Assembly: GCA_024346625.1 (NCBI GenBank)
Contig: AP024667.1
Location: 620,001 to 684,000, forward strand
DNA: 64,000 bases
Reading direction: 5' to 3'
From: Williopsis jadinii
Lineage: Eukaryota
Under the pieces are notes generated by a model. The model was not told the DNA's origin. It was given only the letters and a program-made list of their open reading frames with translations, and searched no databases. Shown piece after piece: positions 47,143 through 60,100 of this stretch. The position numbers and the translations under genes are program-made. Positions within the stretch are counted from its first letter, which is position 1. Each line of letters opens with the position of its first letter.

Positions 47143-48720
47143 TTATAAAATACTTTCAGAGTCTCTTTCTTCATGCAGCCTCAGAAGGTCCTCCAATCTT
47201 CTCCTTTCAACCCTCTCCTTTTCGAGTTCAGCCTCGTAATCGTTTTGCAAATCGACAACCACCTTCTTGAACTCGTCTCGTAATACTGATATAGAGCCGG
47301 AGAACTTTGGCGGAGAACACGTTGAGAAATAAGAAGAAGGTTGAAGGAATTGTCCATTCTTAACCTGTTGTTGTAATAGGGGTGTCTTTGGATTGGTCAC
47401 GGTTGTGTCATCAGATTCCACGGAGATTGACAATCCAGTAATCGGCGAGGATGCAGATGAGCCTGATGTACGTGGGTTGTCCAGGCTCTGAGGAGACCCA
47501 TTCCCCAAACTTTCGTTAGACTTGCCAATATGGTCCAGTTTCAAGAGTGCCAGTTGTCTTCTCAATTCGTTTATCTCTTTGGATTTTTCATCGAATTTAT
47601 TCTGAAGGATGCTCTTCTCGTGTTCAACAAGGATATACTTCTGTGTAGCCTTTTCCAAGTTTATGTTAGCTTGAGAAAGCTTGTTCTCCAATATTAATTG
47701 CTTCTTGTTGTATGATTCGGCAATTCCTGCATTTAAACTTCTTTCTTCTTCGTACTGTTTAGTCAAATATTGATGTGCAAATTGAAGATCCTGCAATGCC
47801 GTTTTAACGTTTGATATTTCCATAGGTTCCTCCTTTGACACAGAACGTGATTCTCCATTCAACGAACTCTCCAAAAGTTTATCCAAGCATGACTTTGCCC
47901 AAGTTAACTTAGAATCACCTGGTGGTGGTAATACAACGTTTCTCTGTACTGCCAGTGAAGCTATATACGACATTAACTCATCAGCTCTTTCATCACCAAC
48001 AGCTTCAGAACTTTTCGGCAAAGCCAAATCATCAAAGTTCGACAATGAGAGGGCAGTAGCGTATTGCCTCATTAGTGTCAACAGGTTTTCTCTAATTTCT
48101 GCTTCGACTTTAACTAAGTTTTCAGTTAGAGACTGTTGTTGTTTCAACACTTGTTCCCGTCTCTCGGGATCAGTATCAAGTTTCATATTCAACAGCTGGG
48201 AATTTGTCTTCAACTGGGACTGGATCTCATCGCTCATCTCCCTTAAACTGTCAGTTTGTCTCTGTAAGAAAGTTATCTCTTGGAATGTTTGCAACTTAGA
48301 ATCCTTGGAAGACTGCGCCAACGCGTACTCGCTGATCAACTTCAAATGTAGATAAGCTCCACGCTCATCGCCGGTCAGCTTTGTATAGAGACCATCGCTC
48401 ATAAGATCATCGTTTCTCAGAGCACGGTCAGTCACTTCGCTCTCGTAAAACACGCGTAATGGGTTTCTCGAGTCGACGAATCGACACGCATCAGAGAATT
48501 CATCGTCAGTTGCAAGGTCCACAGCCTTTGTGGTGTTTAGCGAGTCTATAGCATCGTGGAACTCAGATGAAAGCGACTGCTGGAATGGAGACTTCTCCAT
48601 AAGAGAAATAGCTCTTGTATATAGCATTCTGCCCTGGTTTTCACGTCCCGCTGAGAGGGTGTTGATGGTGGTGTTGATGTTGTTTACATTGTTTCCGAGA
48701 TTTTTTTTCCTCACGAACAT
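47143..48720 (-). CDS. Coiled-coil protein of unknown function (possible Uds1-type domain)
   Basis: 525-aa ORF with extended heptads and S/T-P motifs; domain assignment tentative. Confidence 0.75.
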   Translation of the reverse strand: MFVRKKNLGNNVNNINTTINTLSAGRENQGRMLYTRAISLMEKSPFQQSLSSEFHDAIDSLNTTKAVDLATDDEFSDACRFVDSRNPLRVFYESEVTDRALRNDDLMSDGLYTKLTGDERGAYLHLKLISEYALAQSSKDSKLQTFQEITFLQRQTDSLREMSDEIQSQLKTNSQLLNMKLDTDPERREQVLKQQQSLTENLVKVEAEIRENLLTLMRQYATALSLSNFDDLALPKSSEAVGDERADELMSYIASLAVQRNVVLPPPGDSKLTWAKSCLDKLLESSLNGESRSVSKEEPMEISNVKTALQDLQFAHQYLTKQYEEERSLNAGIAESYNKKQLILENKLSQANINLEKATQKYILVEHEKSILQNKFDEKSKEINELRRQLALLKLDHIGKSNESLGNGSPQSLDNPRTSGSSASSPITGLSISVESDDTTVTNPKTPLLQQQVKNGQFLQPSSYFSTCSPPKFSGSISVLRDEFKKVVVDLQNDYEAELEKERVERRRLEDLLRLHEERDSESIL

Positions 48721-49204
48721 ACACGCACGCTGTGTTCAGTATGAGTTCATTAATAGGTGAAGTTAATGGAACAAACCATCTCTTGAGGCGTGACCCATAG
48801 GATGTGGAAAGCAAGCCAATGAGAGAACGTCATAGTGGCGAGTCACCATCTGTGACGTTGCTTCTACTGGCTATGACTCAATATCAACGCTTAAACAGTG
48901 AAATTCACCTTCCACAAGCTCCAACATTGGCGCTCAGAGACACTTGCGGGCATATAATCGAATCACATCATACGTATTGGACAGGTGCTAATCACAACTG
49001 ACCGACTCAACTACACTAATACACCAAAGTGGTATATGGGGTCCCTCAACATTGGCCACCACTCCATAGTAAACAAGGTGACCCCAGTAACCAATTCATT
49101 GTGTCGCCAACCAATACAAACAGCTGACTGAGGTATAGGGCCGATCCCAACGGCTTCATATTCTCTGTTTACATTAATACTGGGATACCTTTCAGCTGGA
49201 GATA

Positions 49205-50776
49205 ATGGACCAGATACCACCATCACAAGGTGTTAGGTTTGTTACGTTTAACATCAACGGGTTTCGGACATTATTCCACTACCATCCATGGACCAAGCTC
49301 AGGACACTGGGCGCGATGTTCAGCTCGATGCAGGCTGATATCATCACTTTACAAGAGCTGAAGGTGGCTCCGATGGACGTGGATAACCGTTTGGGAAAGG
49401 TGCCAGGCTATAACTGCTTTATAACGGTACCGTTACAGAAGAAAGGCTACTCAGGGGTTGGTGTTTACGTTCGTTGTCCCCTAGAGGACGACCCACCACC
49501 TGTGAAGCTGGCGTTGACCGTGGTGAGAGCTGAAGAGGGAATAACTGGGTCTCTGCTGTCGAAGGACACTAAGCAGAGGTACTCAGAGTTGCCAGCTTCC
49601 ATTGGTGGATATGTCAATTTGGACGATGACATTGCATCGAGGATAGACAGCGAGGGAAGATGTCTGATACTGGAAATGGCAAATAACACGGTTATCATTA
49701 GCGTCTATTGCCCTGCTAACTCTATGGGCACAGAGGAAGGTGAGCAGTTCAGGGTTCAGTTCATCGAGTGTCTATTCCAAAGAGTGAGAAATTTAGTTTC
49801 AATGGGTAAGAACGTTGTACTGATGGGTGATATAAACATCTCAAAGGATTTGATAGATAGTGCTGTTGCAATTAGAGATATGACACAAGCCGGACTGGTA
49901 AGAATCGCTGCAAAACATGAGGACTTTGAAGAGGTTAATAGAGATGCGTGCCTGAAGTTTACCTCGTCAACTGTTCCAAGGTTGTTGTTGAATGAGTTAT
50001 TGATGGACTCGATGTCATCCGGTACATTCCCAGATCAGTCCAATGGTGTATTAATCGATACCGTCCGTCGTGTACAAGGACGTAAAAAGGGATTATACAC
50101 TGTTTGGAACACGTTAACTAATTCAAGACCCGGTAACTTTGGATCTAGAATTGACTATATCCTTGTCAATGAAAAATTGGCAATGCAAACAAAGAATGCT
50201 GGGATTTGGCCCTTTTTAATGGGGTCAGATCACTGTCCAGTGTTTACAGACTTTAACGTCGAGGCTGTTGATTCTGAGTTCATTGGATTAGAAGGGTTGA
50301 AATTACCAAGGCTAGAGGCGAGATTTGCTTTCAATCTATCAAGGGGGGATATTGGAAAGTTCTTTACAAAGAAAGAAACACCATCACCGAGTTCTACACA
50401 TTCTTCGCAGATATTAACAAAGTCCAAAGTTGTGAAACCCGCAAACATGAGCAAGAGCAAGGGCATCAGCAGGAATCGCTCTAATATCATGAGTTTTTTC
50501 AAACCAGTGAGCCATGATTCAGACTTGTGTAGCGTCGTATCTGCTGTTCCAGAATCCAATGGTGAGATTTCTTCTAAGAAAGTACTGAAGAATGGTAAGT
50601 TTAAGCTCAGTGGCGATATACCAAAGTGCAAACATAACGAAGAGTGTGTATTAAAGACCGCAATAACCAGTGAGAACAAAGGACGCAAGTTTTGGACATG
50701 CTGTAAACCTCGAGGTGAGGTTAAGGATCCAGATGATGAGTCCAAATTCGACTGTGGGTTTTTCCAATGGAAATGA
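49205..50776 (+). CDS. APN2: Class II AP endonuclease with GRF zinc finger
   Basis: FVTFNING, LQELK, KKGYSGV, GDIN, SRIDY, GSDHCP; PIP-like NIMSFF; CKH...GRKFWTC...CGFFQW. Confidence 0.96.
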   Translation: MDQIPPSQGVRFVTFNINGFRTLFHYHPWTKLRTLGAMFSSMQADIITLQELKVAPMDVDNRLGKVPGYNCFITVPLQKKGYSGVGVYVRCPLEDDPPPVKLALTVVRAEEGITGSLLSKDTKQRYSELPASIGGYVNLDDDIASRIDSEGRCLILEMANNTVIISVYCPANSMGTEEGEQFRVQFIECLFQRVRNLVSMGKNVVLMGDINISKDLIDSAVAIRDMTQAGLVRIAAKHEDFEEVNRDACLKFTSSTVPRLLLNELLMDSMSSGTFPDQSNGVLIDTVRRVQGRKKGLYTVWNTLTNSRPGNFGSRIDYILVNEKLAMQTKNAGIWPFLMGSDHCPVFTDFNVEAVDSEFIGLEGLKLPRLEARFAFNLSRGDIGKFFTKKETPSPSSTHSSQILTKSKVVKPANMSKSKGISRNRSNIMSFFKPVSHDSDLCSVVSAVPESNGEISSKKVLKNGKFKLSGDIPKCKHNEECVLKTAITSENKGRKFWTCCKPRGEVKDPDDESKFDCGFFQWK

Positions 50777-50787
50777 AAAAGATGAAC

Positions 50788-51197
50788 TCATAGATTCGTT
50801 TCAGATGTACAACTGTTATACTTGATTGATGCCAATGTCCCTTCAAACCCCAAGATATCGAGATTGGCAACATAGGTTGTAATTGAAGTTGAAAACACCT
50901 GTATATCCTCATTTTGTAACCTAACCATTGCCCTATTGTCTACTGTCTTTACAACCTCCACTGTTATGGCAAGTCCAAACAGCCCATGGTACTTTTGAAG
51001 AGCAGATCTAATATAAGTCTGCCATGTAACCTCATCAACCTTGAGGTCCTTGGGTACTATTGAAGAGTCTTGTTCTGGAATTCTTTCAAAGCACACACGA
51101 TTAGTACTTTAGATTCTTGTTATTTTAGGCTTCCACTCAGTACTTACAATTCCAGAGTGTAGTAACTCCATACGTTTTCATCTTCAGAGTCACCCAT
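50788..51197 (-). CDS. POP8: RNase P/MRP subunit Pop8, 114 aa; exons 51197-51148 and 51082-50788
   Basis: WSYYTLEL...DEVTWQTYIRSALQKYHGLFG; 65-nt GTAAGT...TACTAAT...AAG intron; convergent with APN2 as in S. cerevisiae. Confidence 0.85.
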
Positions 51198-51398
51198 GTT
51201 TGGCCTTTCACTGTGGTTGGTGATGAGGACATTTGTAAGCTCTCATCTGGACATTTTTTGTCAACTTTTACTCGAAATTTGATCAACATAAAAAAAGACA
51301 AAAATCAAAATGTCCTGTCCTTTGCACACACAAAACAAAGTGTTGTGGTCGAAGACATATCCTAACGGACAAATAAGAAGGTATCACAACTGGAAGAA

Positions 51399-52118
51399 AT
51401 GAGCAAACAGAAAACCCTGATACGCTGCCTGTGCTCGTTATTGTGCCTACTGAGCACCTGCTTATGTGCGGTTTTACCCGGTCATGTCCAGTTTGATGGT
51501 AACGTAACGAGTTTAGACGTTCAACGCACACAGATTGAGATCACCGAGGTATCCTCTGAGCCTGGTTCGTATAGACAGAGAGCGTTTATCCATCCTGATG
51601 GCACCTTTGAGCTGAACAATATACCGAAAGGCGAATTCGTCTTGACCGTATTATCCATTGACTACAATTTGATCCCATTCAAAGCCAGAGTGATTGTGAA
51701 TGAAGACGATGAGGTCCACGCCTACGTGCTCCATGCAACCAGTCAATGGGATAAGCTTGGACAGGAAATTCCGTTGCCTATACAGATAATTCCTAATCCA
51801 AAACAACCGTTACGTGAATACCTTGTCGAGAGAACCCCAGGTCTTTTGAAATCTGGCCCGATCGCCACAGTTCTGAACAATCCACTGTACTTGGGAGCCG
51901 CTATTCTGTCGTTGATAGCAATCGCAGCACCGTATCTCATGGAGAAGTTTGACCCTGAAACGGCAAAGGCTGTCCGCGAGGAAAGGGCAGCCTCTCGTCG
52001 TGAGAAGATCAAACCTTCGCAGGCCGCCATTGAAGCCACTGAAAAGCTACAGTCGAGTGGTAACGAAGTAAAGGCTGGCAGCAAGAGTGACTCGACGCTA
52101 AAGAAGAGAAAGAATTGA
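51399..52118 (+). CDS. ER membrane complex subunit 7 (Sop4/EMC7-like)
   Basis: Signal peptide, DGTFELNNIPKGEFVL beta-sandwich, NPL followed by a TM then MEKFDPE. Confidence 0.8.
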   Translation: MSKQKTLIRCLCSLLCLLSTCLCAVLPGHVQFDGNVTSLDVQRTQIEITEVSSEPGSYRQRAFIHPDGTFELNNIPKGEFVLTVLSIDYNLIPFKARVIVNEDDEVHAYVLHATSQWDKLGQEIPLPIQIIPNPKQPLREYLVERTPGLLKSGPIATVLNNPLYLGAAILSLIAIAAPYLMEKFDPETAKAVREERAASRREKIKPSQAAIEATEKLQSSGNEVKAGSKSDSTLKKRKN

Positions 52119-52718
52119 ATAGCAGTAGCCTCGACGTGGCATAGTATTGGGGGAAGTGGAAGAAGGAGGCAGAAAAGGTATCACTAAACATCCAAACACC
52201 AACATACAAATTCGTTTACATAATCACTTAGTCAGCCCAAAATGGGACAATAACCTGCAACTGAACCTCATCGCCAGTTGTTTTACCCGATAAGAACATT
52301 GCTGCGTAGCTTAGCAAGATAAGAGACGACTTTTATTAATAAAAACACATTGTGTAGTTGGCAACCTATCGTCTTCTCCCTGTTGCAGTTGAAGAGTTCT
52401 CCAAGTGCACTTCCCACGGTGCATTACACACACACAAGGGAACAAAAGCAACCAAATAAAGCGTAACCAGGGACAAAAAACCAAACAAGCCTTGTCATTC
52501 TGGGACGAAACGTGCAGGCTGTTGTTGCATCTTATTCGCAGGAAAACCTTAAAACATTGAGACATATACAAAATGTCTCCTTTTTTGCATTTGGTCAAAA
52601 ACAGACATTACTCTGATCATCACAAAAGGGACATTGCTGAAGGGAGCCCCTCTCTTACACGGAAGACCGAGGAATCACGGTTAAACTATAAGGAGCCATA
52701 AAGCCTTTGGACACAGAC

Positions 52719-53966
52719 ATGTCTGATTCCTTTGCGTCTGTCCGATCCCGTCTCTGGGACTTTTCTCACATGCTGATGATGCCAATAGAGAAGCACTTGG
52801 GTGTGATACTCACTTGTTTGCTATGGTATACGGTATCGTCAGTGTCGTCGCAGGTGACGAAGACCATTCTGAACCAGTTCCCCTTCCCGCTCGCGCTGGG
52901 CGAGTGCCAGTTTGTGTTGGTGTCGCTGCTGTGTATCACGACGATGGTGATCCTAGGTAGGATGAAGTGGATGCACGCAATGTTCCCACCGGGCTCGGTT
53001 CCTCCCCTGGACAGCGGTGCTGGTGCTATTGTCAAGCCAACAAGACACCTTCTGATCACAGTGCTGCCGTTGAGCTGTTTCCAGTTTTTGGGTAAGCTCT
53101 TCTCCCATAGCGCAACCGCGCTGGTCCCAGTCTCCACCGTTGCCGGCGTCAAGACCTTATCACCTCTGTTGCTCGTTGTGGCCTACCGTGTACTGTACAA
53201 GGTGCCATTTGCAATGGCAACTTATATATCACTGTTACCACTGTTGTGTGGTGTGCTGCTCATAGTGATGGCTGATACAAAGGACACGCTGGTGACGACA
53301 ACTGCAAGCGATCGTTACATAGGGATCCTCTATGCAGTGATATCCTTGTTTATCTTTGTTGGACAAAATATCTATGGCAAGACAGTGTTCACGTTTAACC
53401 AGAAACATGTTAACGACCCAACAGAGTTGGCATTGCCCCATGAGGATAAGAGTTCAACGTTACCAATAACGAGGACAGACCGTGAGCAGGAGAAGGAACA
53501 AGAGCTTCACGATAATGAGGTGAATTACCAATTGGAAGTGGAGAAATCCAGCTTGACAAAATTTCCTAAGATTAGAAACAAGTATGACAAGCTGACTCTA
53601 CTCTTGTACTGCTCCATTTTGGGTGCATTGTTATCCTTACCGTGGTTCTTGTACATCGAGGCACCACAGTTCTTAAGGTTAACGGCAGCTGAGGAGGATA
53701 TCACAGAGGCACATCTAGTTACCATTCCTTGGGGGCTATTAATGATTAATGGGTGTTCTCATTTCTTACAATCACTCATAGTGTTCCACCTCTTGGGTGC
53801 AATCCCAGCAGTGAGCTATTCTATTGCCAGTATGATGAAAAAAATCACAGTTATCGTGGTCAGTATGATTTACACTGGGAACCCAGTTACGACACTTCAA
53901 TTCTTTGGTATCCTGCTGACAGGTACAGGCTTATTCGCATACGATAGATGGGGAGGAACAACTTGA
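52719..53966 (+). CDS. SLY41: Triose-phosphate-transporter-family protein Sly41
   Basis: CLLWYTVSS...TKTIL...FPFPLALGECQF, VPVSTVAGVKTLSP, VSYSIASMMKK; first ATG at 52719. Confidence 0.8.
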   Translation: MSDSFASVRSRLWDFSHMLMMPIEKHLGVILTCLLWYTVSSVSSQVTKTILNQFPFPLALGECQFVLVSLLCITTMVILGRMKWMHAMFPPGSVPPLDSGAGAIVKPTRHLLITVLPLSCFQFLGKLFSHSATALVPVSTVAGVKTLSPLLLVVAYRVLYKVPFAMATYISLLPLLCGVLLIVMADTKDTLVTTTASDRYIGILYAVISLFIFVGQNIYGKTVFTFNQKHVNDPTELALPHEDKSSTLPITRTDREQEKEQELHDNEVNYQLEVEKSSLTKFPKIRNKYDKLTLLLYCSILGALLSLPWFLYIEAPQFLRLTAAEEDITEAHLVTIPWGLLMINGCSHFLQSLIVFHLLGAIPAVSYSIASMMKKITVIVVSMIYTGNPVTTLQFFGILLTGTGLFAYDRWGGTT

Positions 53967-54122
53967 TTTAAACACACACATGCCACCAGTGTATGACTCT
54001 GTCGCATTTTGACTCAAAGTATGCAAGTTGAAATATTAGCTCTAATGATTTGCTTTTATATATAATATATATGTCTTTTAGTTTGCTTGTACTAGTCATG
54101 TTTTGTACTTTGTTTGCATCAT

Positions 54123-57100
54123 TCATCTCCAAACCGCAACTCTACCAAGAGAATCACCAGCAACAACCTCTATTCTACCCCCTCTCGTTTCTTCATAATC
54201 GACAAAACTCTTCAAATAACTTTCAACAATGGTCACTCTTCCAGTTTTATTATTGAACTCTTTGCTATCTGCGAATTTTAACTCACACATCTGTACAAGA
54301 TTCCAACCGTTCTCTTCAATAACGAGTTCATCAACACGAATTTCCCCATTGGACCAACCAGTGGTTAAAATAGCTATATGCTTCCAATATTCATGGCTCT
54401 CAACGTTGTTAATCTTGATGGTGGAAACAGTACGTGAGTTGGCGAAATTCAATGCTGTGATGGTACCATTAACAGAGTCAAAGGTCTTGCGGCAGATGAA
54501 TGAACCATTGATGTTGTATAGCTCAACGGTAGTGCCAAGCGAGGTGGCAATAAGTGCACTGTCATATGCAATTGCGATATGATCAGCGGTGGTTTCAATT
54601 TGTCTGATAAACATGTGTCTTGCAGTATTCCAGACATAACAACGGCCAGAAACGTCTAAACTCAACAATGTGTTGAACTCTGGTGACACCTTGAGTTCTT
54701 TTATACTTTCAAGATGAACCATGAATTTAGTATCAAGATGTAACTCTTCTTTGAAACCCTTCACAACAACAACATATTTCCAAACATGAATACTTCCACT
54801 CTTTGTGCCTGTGATGAACATATCCTTGTTAAGTCTCGCAAGTGCTGTGATTTCCTCACCATGAACGTTTTCATAGGTCTTCCTATTTATAACAAGAGAA
54901 CCTTCACATCGTCCTCTTTTAACTTCAATCTCTCCATTCAGATATAACTTTGGATAGCCTCTCCAAAAGGAATCAGCTAAAACATCACCTTGGACTTTGA
55001 ATTGAAGATAATGAATAGGTTCATTAAATTTCGTCTGGTAGAGCAGGAATGGTGTCCTCTTTACAACTGTTGGATCAATTTTTAACAGGGTGGATGTTTC
55101 TCTAGCAGGATGAGGCTTTGAAAAGATTTGAGCAGGTGTCTGACCGAAATTGTGAATAATACCAATGATTGATCGTCTTTCAACATCGTTATTGATGGCA
55201 TCTAAATCGATACCACCTTGGTAACTCAAGTGGTTGAAGACATTGATAGCTTCAACGGCTTTTGGTCCAGTTTGCTTGAAACCAAATATGAGATCAATCC
55301 ACTCGTGCAAATGAGCAGAAACATACGGACTCTCTAAAGCTTCTCTGTTTCTTTCAATAAAGATCTTAGGATCTCCCTTAGCCCATTTAGGCAACACAAC
55401 ATCGTTAACAGGCGTGCCATCTTGCAAGCAACCAAAGTCATAACCGTTGATGTTGGTCAAGAATTCAGGAAGGAAGAAGAATTCAGGTGTTAATTCTCTA
55501 ACATCAGTCGTGTTATCACTTGATGCAGATTTCCAAGCCTTTTCAATCGAATAGAATAGTCTATCAGCATGGTCGAACTTTCCACCTTGCAACAACAAAA
55601 ATGATTGCACGAATGGTTCTAAACGGATCAAGAATGACGCAACAATCATAGCAGAAGAATAATGGGTACCATAATGGAAAGGAGGTGAGTTGTCATCTTG
55701 AAGACTTTCCAAAGCTTCATATCTCTCTCTGAACTGTTGTGCCCTTTGTGGGGTTTGTGCACCCATAGGTTTGGAAAAGTCTCTGAATGACTTTGGATCG
55801 GTTAAGTCCAGTTCTTCACTGGTATAATCAGCAATGACCCACGGGAAAACAGGATACTGGGTAAGATCGTTGAAAGTTCTTCCTGCCAGTGTATTGATAA
55901 TGACCAGATAGTAGAAGTTAGACATTTCACCGTTTTGCCATTTCTTAGTGGCATCCAGAATATCGTAACTGAAATGGAAGACGTTAGAGATCTTCGACCC
56001 CAAAGTCTTGGAGGTATTCTTGTTGAGATTCGTTTCTTTCAAGATGGCTGAAAGATCATTATCAATGTTGGAATTTGTAGCAACACTTGATATTTTTGAA
56101 AAGATTGAATCTCTTTCACGCGTATGAACACATGTAATAAGCAAGCTCGCACCGTTACTAAAGAAAATCTCCAATGCCATATCACGGAAAAGGAATTGTC
56201 TTCTGGTAACAGATGTCAGCTGCTCAAGAACCCAACTACGAACGGTGTGCTTCTCAGTGCTAGCAGTCCGCGTGGTTATGTCATTTTGACCAGCAATTAA
56301 CTTGACATTAGGGTCTCTCTCATTCTCTGGAGCGTCTTCAAGATCAATGATCTCATCAGTATCTGCCTTGTGGAAATAGCTCTTGATGAAATAGATATGA
56401 GCCTGCCCCAAAATAAGGATACCTTCATCAATCTCAAGACCAATAATACGACTCACGTTCCAGATTTCAACAATTTTGTCCCCATAGAAGAGACTCTTCA
56501 AAACCTTTCTGTTACGGTCATTGTAGTTGTTCATAGAATCCTCGATGGCATCTTCTTCCACCATGTCAAACGAATTAAGACTCAGTGCTTCGACATGAGG
56601 CTGTTCATGGACGGCTTCTGAGTCATTCAACTTTTTCATAGGAACATCGATGATGTTTTTCAGTTGCTGAACAATCTTCAAATCATCAACTGGTAAGAGC
56701 TTCTTTCTCATTCTGTCGATTCCCTCCATAGACCCAAGAATCCACGAAGAAGGACCAGTATAAGTACCAAAGAATAAGCCCAGTCTCTTGTTTCCAACCA
56801 CTTTCATTTTGTTATAAGAAATGAGGTGAAATTGTATAACATCGTACTGGTCTTTGAGATACTTCACAATCATAGTTGTTTCCGCATGTACCAGCTTCTG
56901 TCGTAAGATTTCGTTATCATTCTCCAATATCGGCAAGATCTTATCAATAGATTCGTACTTTTGTTTTACCTGATCATCATGCCTTGAAGAAAGGGTCTGT
57001 AGTTTCTCGTCAACAGTTACAAAATTATCCTTGCTGAACTTTCGAGTAACTTTACTCACAATAGCCTCCAAGTGATTGCTGAAAAGATCAGATACCTTCT

Positions 57101-60100
57101 TGTTTTCTTTATACATTGACAGAATATCTTCATCGCTTGCTGTCATGACATTGCGTAAGAATCTTAATGCTGTGCCGTGACTGATATAGGTGATTGAAGA
57201 ACACACTGAAGACAGATGATCTTGGGAACGCATAAGGATGATACGAAGACAGTTCAAAGCTAGCGAAGACACCGCAGGATCGGTGAGCATGGCAATTTGT
57301 AGCAACAAGCAAATAATGTTCGCCACATCATTCGACATAGCTCCACTTCCAAAGAGATTCTCCTGATGGAACATTAGCACTTTCAAAAACTTGTGTTGTT
57401 GTTCAGTTGATTCGGAATCCTTCAACACTAGAACCAAACAATTCACTATTGGTGTTATATTCTTGTGTAATTGAATAAATTGGGAGTTCTTTAGACTCTT
57501 CCCCGACTTCTTATATGCTTCAACAATAGTTAGCACAACAGAGAGATAGTTGAAATAATCTTTCGCAGACCATTCAAATGTCAAAAGTTCAGGATACAAT
57601 AGGTTCAAGAAGAGAGCAATGTTAGAGAATTTTATCGAGTCAACTCTAAGCAAAGTCTCAAATTCTGACGAAAAGTTTGACAAATGGAACAACACTTTTG
57701 GAAAGACAAGTGCTAGATAAACAACCGGCGTAACAGAGTCAGCAGGGTTTTCTGGATCATGTAAAATCTCATTAAGGTAGGCATCAACTGCTTGTAGATC
57801 ACTGTTGAGCAATTTTGAGAGAACCCTCGAAGCCATAACCTCAATCAACCTATCGGAAGAGTCAAAGTAAATACCAGCGTTTCTTGTTTTGTTCAACAGC
57901 AGGACGAAGTTACAAAGCTTCTTGATAAAAGCTTTGTCATGTCCAAATACACCAGAAAAGATTGCGTTTGTATCAAAAGCCTTATCAAGGAATCGTGTAT
58001 ATCCATCAATTTGAGCAATCGTATCACTGTGGTCATCAGTTTGGAAGATATCGTTAAGCACAGTCCACTCGAGAAGGTCCAGTATCAAATGATGTAATTC
58101 TGGGAATACCACCTGCCCGAATTTTGCCATTGAGGCATCTCTATCTAGTCTTGAAAATATCAAATCTGATTGGTATTTTCCAAAAGACCCATTGATAAGA
58201 ATGTCAATCTCAACATCTATTTTGATCTCTCTCATCAGGGCTAGAACAATATGAACACCGTTATTCTTCAAAAAGACATCATGTGTCTGGCTAGACATCA
58301 GAAAGAGCTTAACCAATAGAGTCAATGCACAATCAACAACAGTTTTGTTCTTCTTTCCTAGTTGGAATAACAAAAAAATGTACTTCATGTTGACAGGACT
58401 GCAGAGCTTTTTCCAATGATAACCGTTCACCAACCCAGTATCAAGGTAGATACTGGCCAAGACATTGAGACCAAGTATAGCATTAGATTCATGCTTCTCG
58501 TTAAGAGAGTACACGATGAATGATGCCACATTCTTCACAGTATCAACAGACATATGAGTTCTGACAACCAAACAAAGAGCATCTTGCAACTCTTCTTTGA
58601 CTTTCTCAGGGAAGGAACCCTGGATCAAGTGACCTAAGAATCTCTTAACCAACTTGATTTTTTTCATCTTCTGAATATTGAAGGAGTTGTACTTGCACTC
58701 CTTAGCGAAAGCAATAACCTGGAAATTTAAGAATTTGAGAACTTCCAAATCACCTTCATGCTCTTCATTCGGAAGACTTTTCCATAGAGAAAAGTCCAGC
58801 ACCACTTGTTCATAGAGTAGTTCGTTCATGATCACGGAATTAAATGGGTTGTGGAAGTTGTAACCAACTAGTCCAAGTAGGAGGTCAAAGAACTCTATGT
58901 CAAATGTCCGTTTGAACTCTACCTTTTTAGCCTTTAACAATGTTCCGAGAAGGCTATAGCCATTAGTATACTCCATTTCTCTGATCAGTTTCCAGTTAGT
59001 GTCAACCAATTCCAGCAAAAGCTGTACTGCTTGGTAGAGTGACTTCATAGATGAGGCTTTCTCAATCAGCATGAAAACAAGGTTCAAAGCAGCTATTGAG
59101 TAGAAAGTTTCCGAGACATCAACGCTTTTATAAACCATCACCTTTCCAATCACAGTGTGTCTATCCGACAAAAGTCTAAGTCCGTCCGTTTGAAAGTGCA
59201 GCGAGCGGAAAGTATCAACATTGAAGTTCAAAAGCCTATCATGCTTTGGTACTTGGAGCTCGAGTTTTGTGAGGTCAATTTCTGAATTTGAAAGTGTTGA
59301 TGCATCAAGTAGATGCAAGTTGAACCATGCTCTGCCTTGGTAGTTTAGGAACCTCACCAAATCATCGTCTTGATACAGATCTCTGTAGTTTGGTCCCAGG
59401 TAATACGAAAGTGCAACCCATTCAAAGGGTAGGGACCCAGAGAATATGTTCAAACATGCAACATCAATACTGGAGTCTGAAGATCCCAAAGTGACAGCAA
59501 ATTCTCTGTGTTTTTTGTCCAAGATGGCTTCATCATCTGCAAAGGGAAAAGGACAACGAATGTATTGAATGAAGTCACCGTTAATATATAAGTTCAACTT
59601 TGCTCTTAATCTATCTCCACTAGAGGAAGACTTATGGATCAAGACAATGTGGTAGTATTTGTTCTCAGTAATTTCATACGAGTCAAAACTACCAATGAGC
59701 GTATCCTTGTGATACACTGAAATCTGGGAACCTTCTAATTTGAGATTGGTTCTACCATCAATGGATAAGAATTGTCTGCTTTGCTCGTCAATGTTGTTGA
59801 AATTTATCCACATCTGTATAGTGAAAGACTTGAATATTGTATCTGAAGATAACTGAAATGTTACAGATGAAGTGTCAAGTTGTATATGGGAATCATCTTT
59901 CTTATGAGCAAAACGGATCAACCTTTCCGTGTACAAGTTACCGACACCGGAGTCTTTGAACTCCAGTGCAGCGTTCACGAGTTGAACGAGATGTGCAGGC
60001 TTCAACTCAAGTAAAGATAAGAGGTCAAGTCTTCGAAGGATGTTATCGTTGACTTCAGGTCCTCTCATGGGCTTTAACAGTGTATCAATAAAGTCTTGTG

